NCBI GenBank assembly: GCA_039589315.1
Contig: JBDHHQ010000053.1
Span: 25,931 to 89,930, forward strand
Direction of reading: 5' to 3'
Length of the DNA: 64,000 nt
Source: Gemmatimonadota bacterium
GTDB lineage: Bacteria; Gemmatimonadota; Gemmatimonadetes; Longimicrobiales; Gaopeijiaceae
The translations under genes were made by a program, and so were the position numbers. The notes beneath the pieces are model-generated. The model searched no databases. It worked only from the letters and a program-made list of their open reading frames with translations, and was not told the origin of the DNA. Of the stretch, positions 49,325 to 62,390 are shown piece after piece (the stretch's first letter is position 1; each line of letters begins with the position of its first letter).

Positions 49325-52300
49325 ATGTCGCCGATGTCCATGCAATCCCTGAGATCCATCCTGTGTCAGACGGCGGCCACGGCGGCAGCCGCTCTGCCCG
49401 CCGCGGCGGCGGCGCAGAATCACCCGGCCCTGCAGACCCTCGGTGCCGGCCCTCCGGCCTACGTCCACGAGGTGTGGACGGTGGCTGACGGCCTACCGGT
49501 GAACTCCCTCAACGGGGTAGTCCAGGGGCAAGACGGATACGTGTGGGCTGCCACCTTCGACGGGCTCGTTCGCTTCGACGGGGTTCGCTTCACCGTGTAC
49601 AGCACCGGAACGCATCCGGGGCTACCCAGCAACCGGATCGTCGAGATGTGGGAGGCATCCGATGGAAGCCTCTGGCTGATCACCGAGCAGAACCACCTCG
49701 TGCGGTTCCGGGACGACCGATTCACCCATTTCGGCCCCCAGCACGGCATAGCGGACAACGCAGCCACGGTGGTGTACGAGGAGGCCGACGGCACCGTCTG
49801 GGTTGGCACCCAAGCCGGGTTCGGGTGGATCGTCTGGTCGAGGAGGTCACCGACCCCGCGAATCGCCTCGGCTCGGTTCACTCGTTCTCGGTCGATGCCG
49901 GTGACGCCGTCTGGGTCGCGGCCGATCGTGGCGCCTACCGCGTTGTGGACGGCCGCCTCGAGCGCGTCGCTGCGGGCGGGTACGCCCCTACCCTCGTCAA
50001 AGCCACGGTGACGGGGGCGAGCCCCGGAGAGCGCTGGATCTACTCCGAGCGCGGAGTCTACCGTCTGCACGAGGCGGAACCGCCCCGGCTCTTCAGCGGC
50101 GAATTTCACGACCTCTTTCGGCGCGACCTCATCCGGCGGACCGAGAGCGGGGTCGTCTGGTACGCGTTCGGCACCGAGCTGTACCGAGCCGGTGAGCGGG
50201 TTGCCCGGCTGGGCGCCAATGGCTTGACCGACGCTGCGCTCCCGGAAGAGATCCGGGCCTTCACGATCGATCACGAGGGCAGCATCTGGATCGGCACCAA
50301 CTCCTCCGGCCTTCACCGGCTCAAGCCGTCGGTCTTCGCCATGGTGGGCCCTCCAGAGGGGCTCGCCTTTCGCAACGTCTACTCGGTCTTCGAGGATCGA
50401 GCCGGCGTGATCTACGTGGGGACGTGGGGTCACGGACTCAACCGACTCGGCCGCACCGAGATCGAGAGCTACGGCCAGAACGAGGGCATCGGGGACCACA
50501 TCACGTCGTTCGCCGAGGGCGACGACGGCGATCTCTGGGTGGGAACCTACGGAGCCGGAGTCATACGTTGCCGGACCCCAGCCATGACGTGCAGTCGCTT
50601 CGAGGAGCCGTCACTCGAGGGTGCACGGGTGTTTGCGCTCCACCGAGCCGAGTCCGGAGCCATGTGGATCGGCTCCGACCTGGGTCTTTTCCGATACGAG
50701 GGTGGCACGGTCACGCGACTCGACGCAGGCGATGAGGTCGCGACCAGGCCGGTCCGGGTGTTCGCCGAGGCCACGGATGGCACCCTCTGGATGGGATCCA
50801 ACGGGGATGGCGTGTTCCGATACCGAAGCGGTCGGCTCACGCAGATCACTGAGGACGATGGCCTTCCCAGCAACCTGATCCGGTCCCTCTTCCTCGATAC
50901 GGACGGGCTCTTATGGATCGGGACCGAGGGCCGCGGCCTGGCCCGGCTCGACCCCCGCGGGACAGCGTCGGAGTCGAGCTCCCCAAGCACACCCTACCGC
51001 TTCGTCACCTTCCGGAGCGGCCACGGCCTTTTCGACGAAGTCATACACCAGATCGTGGAAGACGCCGGCGGGCGCCTGTGGATGAGCACGAACCGAGGGA
51101 TCTTCTGGGTGGCGCGAGAGGAGCTCAACGCGTTCGCCGAGGGCCGTACTGCCAGCATCCACTCCACGAGCTACACGGAACGGGACGGCCTCCGAAACCG
51201 TGAGGCGAATGGCGGCTTCCAGCCGGCGGGCATCCGTGCGAGCGACGGGACGCTTTGGTTCGCTACCCAAGACGGCGTCGCGATCGTCGACCCGAACAAT
51301 CTTCGTGATGACCAGGCCCCCCCAAGGGTCGTCGTGGAACGAATCGTGAGCGAGCGTGAGACGCGGCTCGCCTCCACCGGACCGATCGTGCTCGACCCGT
51401 CCGAGCGGGATCTGCAGATCGAGTACACGGCGCTCAGCTTCCTCGCGCCGGAGAACGTGCGGTTCCGCTACAGGCTCGATGGGTACAGCCCCGATTGGGT
51501 CGAGGCCGGCAACCGGCGGACGGCCTTCTACACGGGTCTGCCACCGGGGGACTATGTGTTCCAGGTACAGGCGAGAGCCAGCGGCGGGGTGTGGAGCGAT
51601 TTCGCGGCCCTGGACCTGACCCTGGAGCCACGGTTCACGGAAACCCGCCTCTACTACTCGTTGGTGGCCCTGGCGTTGGTGCTATTCCTTTTCGCAGCGC
51701 TCCGCTTCCGGGATGGGCGCATTCGAGCGAACGAGACGCGATTGGCCGGGCTCGTGGACGAACGGACCCGCCAAATCCGCGAGCACCAGCGACAGCTCGA
51801 GGTCCAGAACGCGCAACTCGCTGCGCAAGCGACGAAGCTGGAGGCTCTGGACGAGGCCAAATCCAGGTTCTTCGCCAACCTGTCACACGAGTTCAGGACG
51901 CCCCTGACCCTGACCATCGGCCCCCTCGAGGACGTTCGCAGCGGAATCAGGGGAGACGTGAGCGACGAGGCCGAAGCCGACCTCGACCTGGCTCTCCGGA
52001 ACTCGCGGCGCCTGTTGAGGCTCGTGAATCAGATGCTCGACGTCGCGCGTCTCGAGGCCGGTCAGCTGGAGCCGCGGATCCGCGAAGACGATCTCGGAGA
52101 GCTTCTGAGGGGGGTCGCCGAAGGGTTCACTCCGCTGGCGGAACGCAGGTCCATCGACTTCGATGTCGCGCTACCGGACCTCGATCTCTGCTACTTCTTC
52201 GACGCCGACCTGATGGAGAAGGTCTTCACCAATCTGCTCTCGAACGCATTCAAGTTCACGAATGACGGCGCCACGGTTCATGTCAGCCTGAACGAAGTCG

Positions 52301-53469
52301 AGGGTCCGGAAGGGGAAGCGAACGGCGCAGTGATGACGGTGCGCGATACCGGCTCCGGGATCGAGAGCGCGGACCTGCCGCATATCTTCGAGCGCTTCTA
52401 CCGGGCCGGGGACGGCGTATCGCCGGGTACCGGGATCGGTCTTTCGCTGGCCAAGGAGTTGGTCGAGCTCCACGGCGGGAGAATCGAGGTCACGAGCGAG
52501 CCGGGGTTCGGCAGCACGTTCCGTGTGTTTCTCGTCGGTGGCCGCGACCACCTGAATCCGGCGTGGGTCGCGACCGACGGAACAGAGGCACCCGCTAGGA
52601 GCCAAGAGCAATTCGAACCCGAATCCGAGCGGGGGTCGACCTATGGGGAGGAGGTGCCGGACGGCGAATCGGACCTCGACCGGACCACCATCCTCGTCGT
52701 CGATGACAACCATGGCGTTCGCTCCTATCTGCGCCGCCACCTCTCCGATTCGTTCCGCGTGCTGGAGGCGGCGGACGGCGAGCGTGGACTCCAGCTGGCC
52801 CGCGACGAGTTGCCCGACGTCGTGATCGCCGATGTGATGATGCCGGGCATGAGCGGCCTCGAGCTGTGCGCCGCTCTCCGGTCGGACCCGACCACGAGCT
52901 TCATGCCCTTCATCCTCGTGACGGCCCGGGCATCCCCCGACGAGAAGCTCGCCGGTCTGTCGGCCGGAGCGGACGACTACGTGACCAAGCCCTTCGACCC
53001 GATGGAGCTGGGCGCACGGGTCCGCAATCTCGCGCAGGCCCGGCGGCGACTCTGGCAGCATATGAGATACGAGGCTCGACTTCTCGCCGACGATTCGCCT
53101 GCCGCCACCCCCGAAGAGCAATTCCTCGACAACGTCCGCCGGACGATCGAGGCCCATCTCGACGACGAGTCGTTCGACGTGGAAACCCTGGCCCTCTCGC
53201 TCGGATATAGCCGTGCCAGTCTCTATCGTCGCCTGGAGGGTCTCGTTGAGGACTCTCCGGCGGAGATCATCCTCAACGTCCGCCTCGAACGAGCTGCACA
53301 ACTCCTTCGGGCAGCCGACCGAACCGTGAGCGAGGTCGCCTACGGTGTCGGATTCAAGAGCGTGTCGCACTTCAGCCGTCGGTTCAAGCGCCGCTTCGGC
53401 GTATCCCCGTCCGAGTTCAGGTCTCCCTACGCGAAGTCGTCTGCCGGCCTGCACGTCTCGGATTCTTGA
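49325..53469 (+). pseudogene. Hybrid two-component sensor-regulator (beta-propeller/Y_Y_Y-HisKA-HATPase-REC-AraC), frameshifted near 49825
   Basis: GLPVNS, DGYVWAATFDGLVRFDG in the first frame; propeller repeats, FRYRLDG, SHEFRTPLT, GTGIGL, DVMMPG, SEVAYGVGF in the second. Confidence 0.85.
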
Positions 53470-53665
53470 CTCTCCGTCTCGTGAGACGGAGCGGCATGCG
53501 TAGGCGACGCTGGGGTTCAGTCTACTCTTCTCTTCTTGCCCATGGTGTCGGGCCGGCTGGGCGCGAGCCCAAGCCGTGGATCAGCCGCGGTGGTCGATCC
53601 AACCCCGTCTCCTCGGAGTCGCCATGGCCATGCCCTCCTCGTCTTCCCGACGGACCGGCAATCCG

Positions 53666-54196
53666 GTGTCGGACGTGGTCGAGCTCGAGGTCGAGTTGCT
53701 GGAACCGCGGGGGACGGCAACCGCCCCCGACGGCGAGGTCCCGCTTCGCCCCGACGTTCCGGCGTTCGCCATCCTGGTGGTCGACGACGACCCCGACCTG
53801 AGGCGATACGTGCGGCGGTCGCTCAAGCGGCCCGGACATCCCGAGACCCAGGTTGTCGAGGCCGGAGACGGTCCTGAGGCGCTGCGGATCGTCGCAGACG
53901 CGCCACTGGACCTCGTGATCACGGACGTCGTGATGCCCGGCATGGACGGCTTCAACCTCGTTCAGGCGATTCGGCGGAGTCACTCGGCCGACCGGCTGCC
54001 TGTGCTCGTGATGACGGGGGAGGGTTCATGGAGAGAGGCCGAGAGCGAGGCGGCTCGCGTCGGAGCCCAGGCGGTTCTGAGCAAGCCGTTCAATGCCCAC
54101 AAGCTCTGCGATGTCGTGGCGCGACTCCTGGGCGCGCGCGCACCCCCAACGCCGACCAGCAACACCGAAGCCCAGCCACCCGAAGACCCATTCTAG
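53666..54196 (+). CDS. Stand-alone response regulator receiver; start uncertain
   Basis: ILVVDDD, ITDVVMPGMDG, MTG, SKPF. Confidence 0.85.
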   Translation: MSDVVELEVELLEPRGTATAPDGEVPLRPDVPAFAILVVDDDPDLRRYVRRSLKRPGHPETQVVEAGDGPEALRIVADAPLDLVITDVVMPGMDGFNLVQAIRRSHSADRLPVLVMTGEGSWREAESEAARVGAQAVLSKPFNAHKLCDVVARLLGARAPPTPTSNTEAQPPEDPF

Positions 54197-54212
54197 ACGG
54201 AGGAAGAACGAG

Positions 54213-54962
54213 ATGATGGTCCCATGCCGCGCTACTCTCACAGCGGCACTTGCGATGACCCTGGCGCTAAGCGCGCTCGAAGTCCAGGCACAACTCCCCG
54301 ACCCCGGCATGGAGGTGGATGCCAGCAATACGGCCCTCGTGATCACGGATCCCCAAAACGACTTCCTTAGCCCGGACGGAGTGACCTGGGGCGTCGTTGG
54401 AGAATCGGTCACTGAGAACAACACCGTCGCGAACATCGGAACCCTGCTCGAAACCGCGAAAGCCAACGGCATCCACGTCTTCGTGTCACCCCACTACTAC
54501 TACCCGACCGACCACGGCTGGAAGTTCGGCGGCGCGCTCGAAGTCCTCATGCACAACATCGGGATGTTCGACCGCCAGGGCGCTCTCTCTCTCGACGGCT
54601 TCGAGGGCTCGGGCGCGGATTGGCTGGAGCAGTACAAGCCGTACCTGGAAGACGGCGAAACGGTCATCACCAGCCCCCACAAGGTCTACGGTCCCGAATC
54701 CAACGACCTGTCGCTCCAACTGCGCAAGCGGGGCATCGACCGCGTAATCCTCGCCGGAATGTCGGCCAACCTCTGCGTCGAGGCCCACATGCGTGAGCTG
54801 CTGGAGGACGGGTTCGAGGTGGCGGTCGTCAAAGACGCCACCGCGGCAGCGAAGATCCCTGAGCTGAACGGATACGAGTCCGCCGTGATCAACTTCCGCT
54901 TCATGGCCAACGCGCTGTGGGATACCCCGGGCGCGGTCACGGCAATGCAGGGTAGCCACTAA
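54213..54962 (+). CDS. Secreted isochorismatase-family cysteine hydrolase
   Basis: GGAGG RBS; signal peptide ending VQA; TDPQNDFL, HKVYGPE, GMSANLCVE. Confidence 0.88.
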   Translation: MMVPCRATLTAALAMTLALSALEVQAQLPDPGMEVDASNTALVITDPQNDFLSPDGVTWGVVGESVTENNTVANIGTLLETAKANGIHVFVSPHYYYPTDHGWKFGGALEVLMHNIGMFDRQGALSLDGFEGSGADWLEQYKPYLEDGETVITSPHKVYGPESNDLSLQLRKRGIDRVILAGMSANLCVEAHMRELLEDGFEVAVVKDATAAAKIPELNGYESAVINFRFMANALWDTPGAVTAMQGSH

Positions 54963-54970
54963 ACTCAACG

Positions 54971-54999
54971 TCCGGGCTCGTCCCGACGACGAGCCCGGA
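54971..54999. repeat. Intergenic 12-bp inverted repeat
   Basis: TCCGGGCTCGTC-N5-GACGAGCCCGGA; no U tail. Confidence 0.6.
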
Positions 55000-55017
55000 G
55001 GAATTGGAGAGATCAGA

Positions 55018-55596
55018 ATGACGATCCGACAGAACGTCGACGTCGACAAGCTCGAGGAATTCCGCAACTTTCTCGCCGACAACCCAGAAAAGGCTCGACT
55101 TCACCTCGAGGCGAAAGCCATATACGAGGAGCAGGCCGGGCGAAGCACCGTGCACATCGGACCCTTCGCGGTGGACGATCAGAAGATCGACCGCGCGACC
55201 CGTCACTACACGTTCCCTTTTGGAGCCTGGCGTGAGGTCGAAGAGCTGATCGGAGTCCCGGGGGCCACCGACCGAATGGAACCGGTCGAGATGACTCTGG
55301 CCGCGGTGGCCGCCTGCTTGATAAACTCGATCAGTTTCAACGCCGCTCGGTTGGATATCGACACCGAGGGCATGGAGATCAACGTCCGCACCACCGTGGA
55401 CCCCCGAGTGCTGTTCGCCCTCAAGGGCCCCGAGGAGCATGGCACGTGCATCGGCACGATCGCCTACGACGTCCAGGTGAAGGGCGATGTGAGCGACGAA
55501 GAGCTCGAGACGATCCGCGACCTGTGCCGGTACTCGCCCGTCTACGGAATGATGTCAGAGAAGATCAACCTGGTCTCGAACGTGGCACGCGCGTAG
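55018..55596 (+). CDS. OsmC/Ohr-like protein
   Basis: PVEMTLAAVAACL and LCRYSPVY motifs. Confidence 0.8.
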   Translation: MTIRQNVDVDKLEEFRNFLADNPEKARLHLEAKAIYEEQAGRSTVHIGPFAVDDQKIDRATRHYTFPFGAWREVEELIGVPGATDRMEPVEMTLAAVAACLINSISFNAARLDIDTEGMEINVRTTVDPRVLFALKGPEEHGTCIGTIAYDVQVKGDVSDEELETIRDLCRYSPVYGMMSEKINLVSNVARA

Positions 55597-55633
55597 CACG
55601 CGCGATGTCTCCCAACAACAGGAGAGGATCAAC

Positions 55634-56323
55634 ATGGAACAGACATACGACGATCTACTGCCGAACCCCGGCTTCTCGATCGACAAGGGTCGGACGGCAG
55701 TCGTGATCACGGACCCCCAGAAGGACTTCCTCTCGGAGGAGGGAGTCGTGTGGGGGGTCGTGGGGAACAGCGTTACCGAGAACAACACCGTGGAGCACTT
55801 GCACCGGCTCCTCGGCTCGGCGCATGCGAATGGAATCCCCGTCTTCATCTCGCCCCACTACTACTACCCCCACGATCATCAGTGGGATTTCGGCGGCGCG
55901 CTGGAGAAGATGATGCACGCCGTCGGGATGTTCGACCGCACGGGCGCTCTCGAGACCGAGGGGTTCGACGGGTCGGGCGCAGACTGGCACGAGCCCCTCA
56001 AGGACCTGATCGAGCATCCCAACGTGGTCGTGGCCAGCCCCCACAAGGTGTACGGGCCCGAGTCCAACGATCTGGTGCTCCAGCTTCGCAAGCGCGGGAT
56101 CGACAAGGTGATCCTGGCGGGGATGTCGGCCAACCTGTGCGTGGAGGCTCACCTGCGGGAGCTCACGGAACAGGGCTTCGAGGTGGCCGTGATCCGGGAC
56201 GCCACGGCGGGCGCGCAGCTTCCAGGTGGTGACTTCTACCAGGCGGCCATCCTGAACTTCCGGATGATCGCCAGCGCGGTCCTCACCACCGACGAGATCG
56301 TCGGGGCGATCGCCGAGGCCTGA
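55634..56323 (+). CDS. Cytoplasmic isochorismatase-family cysteine hydrolase, paralog of 54213-54962
   Basis: TDPQKDFL, HKVYGPE, GMSANLCVE; no signal peptide. Confidence 0.88.
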   Translation: MEQTYDDLLPNPGFSIDKGRTAVVITDPQKDFLSEEGVVWGVVGNSVTENNTVEHLHRLLGSAHANGIPVFISPHYYYPHDHQWDFGGALEKMMHAVGMFDRTGALETEGFDGSGADWHEPLKDLIEHPNVVVASPHKVYGPESNDLVLQLRKRGIDKVILAGMSANLCVEAHLRELTEQGFEVAVIRDATAGAQLPGGDFYQAAILNFRMIASAVLTTDEIVGAIAEA

Positions 56324-56324
56324 G

Positions 56325-58169
<1,845 letters not shown>

Positions 58170-58181
58170 GAGCCTCCGAAC

Positions 58182-59840
58182 ATGGGCAAGCCTGCCATCC
58201 TTACGCTGGACGACGACACCAACGTCCTGAGAGCCGTCGAGCGGGACCTCCGCCGGGAGTACGGCCGAGACTTCCGGATCGCCCGGGCGGATTCCGGCTC
58301 CGCGGCTCTCGAGCTTCTGGAAGCACTCAAGAAGCGGGGCGATCCATCGGCCCTGTTCCTGGTGGACCAGCGCATGCCGGGCATGAGCGGTGTCGAGTTC
58401 CTCGAGAAGGCGATTCAGATCGACCCCGAGGCAAAGCGGGTGCTGCTCACGGCATACGCCGATACCGATGCGGCGATCCGGGCGATCAACGAGGTCCAGA
58501 TCGATCATTACCTCCTGAAGCCCTGGGATCCGCCCGAGGAGAAGTTGTTCCCCGTTCTCACCGATCTGCTTGATGATTGGCGCGGGGCCCACCGGCCCCC
58601 CTTCGAGGGGATCCGCGTGGTCGGCAACCCGTGGGATCCCGTGTCCCACCAAGTGAAGGACTTCCTGTCACGCAACCAGATCCCCTATCTGTGGCTGGAT
58701 CCGGAGGTCAGCCAGGAGGCTCAAGATCTGTTGGACTCCGCCGACGTACCGATCCTCCCGTGTCTCTTCTTCGCGGACGGATCCAACCTGGTCCGCCCCG
58801 GTGACCGCCAGATCGCCGACAAGGTGGGACTGCAGACCACCGCCAGCGGACCTTTCTACGACCTCGTGGTCGCGGGTGGGGGCCCAGCGGGGCTCGCGGC
58901 CGCCGTCTACGGGGCGTCCGAGGGCCTGCGGACGCTCGTCGTCGAGGAGAAGGCACCGGGCGGACAAGCCGGAATGAGCTCGCGGATCGAGAACTACCTG
59001 GGTTTCCCCGGGGGTCTCAGCGGAGCGGAGCTGGCGCGTCGTGCCGTGAGCCAGGCCAAGCGCTTCGGTGTGGAGATCCTGAACGCGCAGCGGGTGGTGG
59101 GGCTGGACACTACGGGGCCGTCTCGGACGGTGATTCTGGGTGACGGCAGCACGGTCCGCTCCCGCGCGCTCCTCATCGCCACAGGGGTCTCGTACCGACA
59201 GCTCGATGCGAAAGGAATCCTCGATCTGACTGGGGCGGGCGTGTATTACGGCGCCGCCATGACCGAGGGAGAGCAGGTTCGGGGCGGCCACGTGTTCGTC
59301 GTGGGAGGCGCGAACTCGGCGGGTCAGGCAGCCATGTACTTCTCCGGCTACGCGGAGCAGGTCACGATGCTGGTCCGGGGTGAGTCCCTGTCGTCCAGCA
59401 TGTCCCAGTACCTCATCGACCAGATCGATTCGACGGGCAACATCGACGTGCGCACCGGCACTCAGCTACAGGAGGCGATCGGAGGGGAACGGCTCGAGGA
59501 GCTGGTGCTGGCCACGGGCGGCGGATCGGATACCGAACGCGTGGCGGCGTCGGCTCTGTTCATCTTCATCGGCGCACGACCGCGAACCGATTGGATGGGG
59601 GACGCCGTCGCCCGTGACGAGCGGGGGTTCGTGCTGTCGGGTCTCGACGCGGCGGGTGCTGACGGAGCAGAGGCCGCCTACGCCTTATACCAACGAGCCC
59701 CATTCATGCTCGAGACGAGCGTACCGGGCGTATTCGTGGCGGGCGACGTGCGACACGGCTCCGTGAAGCGGGTTGCGTCTGCGGTGGGCGAGGGCTCCAT
59801 GGCGGTCATGTACGTGCACCACTACTTGAGCTCTGCTTGA
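58182..59840 (+). CDS. Receiver domain fused to a thioredoxin reductase-like FAD oxidoreductase
   Basis: LDDD / VDQRMP / KPW receiver; GGGPAG, IENYLGFP, GGANSAGQ, AGDVR; YYGAAMTE replaces CxxC. Confidence 0.9.
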   Translation: MGKPAILTLDDDTNVLRAVERDLRREYGRDFRIARADSGSAALELLEALKKRGDPSALFLVDQRMPGMSGVEFLEKAIQIDPEAKRVLLTAYADTDAAIRAINEVQIDHYLLKPWDPPEEKLFPVLTDLLDDWRGAHRPPFEGIRVVGNPWDPVSHQVKDFLSRNQIPYLWLDPEVSQEAQDLLDSADVPILPCLFFADGSNLVRPGDRQIADKVGLQTTASGPFYDLVVAGGGPAGLAAAVYGASEGLRTLVVEEKAPGGQAGMSSRIENYLGFPGGLSGAELARRAVSQAKRFGVEILNAQRVVGLDTTGPSRTVILGDGSTVRSRALLIATGVSYRQLDAKGILDLTGAGVYYGAAMTEGEQVRGGHVFVVGGANSAGQAAMYFSGYAEQVTMLVRGESLSSSMSQYLIDQIDSTGNIDVRTGTQLQEAIGGERLEELVLATGGGSDTERVAASALFIFIGARPRTDWMGDAVARDERGFVLSGLDAAGADGAEAAYALYQRAPFMLETSVPGVFVAGDVRHGSVKRVASAVGEGSMAVMYVHHYLSSA

Positions 59841-60079
59841 GGGTGCTCGAGACCGCGGCCCACTGCCGCCGAAGTCATCGAAGATGACCTCGGTCGGATC
59901 GTCATCACCTGGGCCCACTGAGGCGGCGAGCAGGAGGGCTCGAGTCGAGTGGCGTGTCGCCTCGCTCCCCTCGCCAGGATTGGGCGGCCGAGTCGTGCGC
60001 TTGACCATCGGGCGGTGAACGAACAGTTCTACGTGTTCACGTCCCACCTCCTCTTCCCTATTCGGTCGGGGCCGCCGGC

Positions 60080-62119
60080 TTGATCGCATCACTGGCACAG
60101 GACTCCGCTGCCCACCCGGCGTTCTTCTCCGAGGTGGCGGTGCTTCTGCTCGCGACCGCTGTGGTCACCTACGTCGCAGCGCGACTGGGGATCATGCCCA
60201 TCGTGGCGTTCCTCCTCACTGGGGCGCTCATCGGGCCCCACGCCCTCGGGTTGGTGCACAACGAAGCGCTGATCGAGGCGGCCGCCGAGATCGGCGTGAT
60301 TCTGCTGCTCTTCACGATCGGGATCGAGTTCAGCCTGGCGAAGCTGGCCCAGATCCAGCGCATCATCATCGTGGGAGGTGGACTCCAGGTCGGCCTTGTA
60401 ATCGCGATCGTCACGGGGGTGCTCGCGGCGCTCGGCGTGGGCTGGAGAGCGGGCGTGTTCACGGGGTGCCTGGTCGCCCTGTCCTCCACCGCGATCGTCA
60501 TGAAGCTACTGATGGACCGCGGGGAGGTATCCACCGACACGGGTCAGGCGTCGCTCGGCATCTTGATCTTCCAGGACCTTGCCGTGGTAGCCATGGTGCT
60601 GGTCGTGCCGATGCTCGGCGGCACGATCTCCTCGGGCGCCGAAATCGCCGTCGCCCTGGGAAAGGCGGCTGTGATCGTGGCGGTTGTCCTCGTGGCGGCT
60701 CGCCGAATCATGCCCGTCGTTTTGGAGGCGGTGGCCCGGACCTGCTCCCAAGAGATCTTCCTGCTCACGATCGTAGCCATCTGCTTCGGCACCGCGTACC
60801 TCACCAGCCTGGCCGGAGTCAGCCTTTCGCTCGGTGCCTTTCTCGCCGGCCTCGTGGTGAGCGAGAGCCGCTACAGCCAGATGGCGGTCGGAGAGATCCT
60901 GCCTCTGCAGATCCTCTTCAGCGCCACGTTCTTCGTGTCCGTCGGCCTGCTCTTCGACGCCGGCTTTCTCATGGAGCAGCCGCTTCTGGTTCTCGGTGTG
61001 GTCGTGGCAGTCTTCACGGTCAAGCTCGTCACCACGGGCGCCGGCATGCTCGCGCTGGGGTACGGGGCCGGTACCGCGGCCAGCGCCGCTCTGCTGCTGG
61101 GACAGGTAGGTGAGTTCTCGTTCGTGCTCGAGCGGACGGGTCGGCAGGCGGGGCTGTTCCCGGCGGGTCTCGAGAGCGGCGGTCCGGAGACTTTCATCGC
61201 AGCGACCGTAGTCCTCATGATCGCGACGCCGTTCCTCACGCCGGTACGTGCCGCGTTGGGGGGAACGGCGCGCCCTCGAGCACCTCAGCCGGAGCCCGAG
61301 TCGCTTTCCCACCCGGCCGCCGAGCACCAGGCCGAGCTCCGCGACCACGTGATCATCGCGGGCCTGGGTGAGGCCGCGAGCCAGCTCGCCCCACTGCTCG
61401 ACGAGGCCGAGATCCCCTTCGTCATCGTGACCTTGAGCCCGCAGGCCGCCCAGGATGCCGAGGATGCCGAGCGCACCGTCATCCGTGGAAACTACGGCCG
61501 ACGCCACGAGCTTCAGCGCGCCGGTCTGCAGGCCGCTCGCATGCTCGTGGTCGCGGACGACGAGCCCGAGATGATCGTCCAGGTGACGGAAACGGCTCGG
61601 GCCCTCCGATCAGACCTGCCCATTCTGGTTCGAGCGCGCGCCCCGGCCGATCCCTTCGAGCTCCGGGAGGCCGGAGCGACCGAGGTCGTGTCCGACCTGA
61701 ACGAAAGCGTCATCCGCCTGCTGACTCGGGTGATGGACGAATATGGCTTGACCGATGCCGCGGTCTCGACCCATCTGCGTGCGCTCCGGGCCTCCGCCGC
61801 GCCCGTGACAGCCCGTTCGAGTCGGAACGGCTCGATCCGGCTCACCGACCGTCAGCGGACTACGGAAGACTGCCGGCACGTAGATGCAACGACAGCAGTG
61901 ATCCCGAGCGCCGAGGGCTGCCAGGAGTGCCTCCGGATGGGAAAGCGCGGCTGGGTACACCTGCGTGTTTGCATGACCTGCGGGTTCGTAGGCTGCTGCG
62001 ATTCCTCGCCTGGCACGCACGCCAGGAAACACCATGAGGCCAGTGGGCACCCCATCATCCGGTCGATCGAGCCCGGAGAATCCTGGGCCTGGTGCTACGT
62101 GGACGAGCAGTTCCTGTAG
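60080..62119 (+). CDS. CPA2/Kef-type cation:proton antiporter with TrkA-N domain and a fused C-terminal UBP-type zinc finger
   Basis: ALSSTAIV, IFQDL, LGAFLAG, QVGEFSF; HVIIAGLG; CRH...CQECL..WVHLRVCMTCGFVGCCDSS..HARKH..WAWCY. Confidence 0.88.
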   Translation: MIASLAQDSAAHPAFFSEVAVLLLATAVVTYVAARLGIMPIVAFLLTGALIGPHALGLVHNEALIEAAAEIGVILLLFTIGIEFSLAKLAQIQRIIIVGGGLQVGLVIAIVTGVLAALGVGWRAGVFTGCLVALSSTAIVMKLLMDRGEVSTDTGQASLGILIFQDLAVVAMVLVVPMLGGTISSGAEIAVALGKAAVIVAVVLVAARRIMPVVLEAVARTCSQEIFLLTIVAICFGTAYLTSLAGVSLSLGAFLAGLVVSESRYSQMAVGEILPLQILFSATFFVSVGLLFDAGFLMEQPLLVLGVVVAVFTVKLVTTGAGMLALGYGAGTAASAALLLGQVGEFSFVLERTGRQAGLFPAGLESGGPETFIAATVVLMIATPFLTPVRAALGGTARPRAPQPEPESLSHPAAEHQAELRDHVIIAGLGEAASQLAPLLDEAEIPFVIVTLSPQAAQDAEDAERTVIRGNYGRRHELQRAGLQAARMLVVADDEPEMIVQVTETARALRSDLPILVRARAPADPFELREAGATEVVSDLNESVIRLLTRVMDEYGLTDAAVSTHLRALRASAAPVTARSSRNGSIRLTDRQRTTEDCRHVDATTAVIPSAEGCQECLRMGKRGWVHLRVCMTCGFVGCCDSSPGTHARKHHEASGHPIIRSIEPGESWAWCYVDEQFL

Positions 62120-62149
62120 AGACAGCCTTGCGGAGCCAGCCCCAGTTCA

Positions 62150-62390
62150 CTGCGCGACTGGGTTAACGATCGTCCACAGGGCCCACGTCCCCGGAACCAC
62201 CGGTCCATTGATGTCCCCTTCGTGGAGCTCGGCGTACTCCTCCATTCACCAGCCGATGGGTTGGTCGAACTGAAGGATGATCGGGTCGTTCGGGCCGATG
62301 TTCGTGGCACCGGCCGGCGGTGCGACGTCCAGGAGAGCCGTCTCGACGCCCTCGGAATGCGGATCCACATGGACGAGAACGTCCAGGAGC
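62150..62390 (-). pseudogene. Remnant of a Big_5-like Ig-domain protein
   Basis: LLDVAPPAGATNIGPNDPIILQFDQPIGW*MEEYAELHEGDINGPVVPGTWAL, with an internal TGA (62246-48) and early truncation. Confidence 0.5.

Noticed and set aside
62246..62248. In-frame TGA in the Ig-domain fragment as a second selenocysteine
   Set aside because: Context fits Gly (GGA to TGA), no clear SECIS hairpin follows, and the frame ends soon after.
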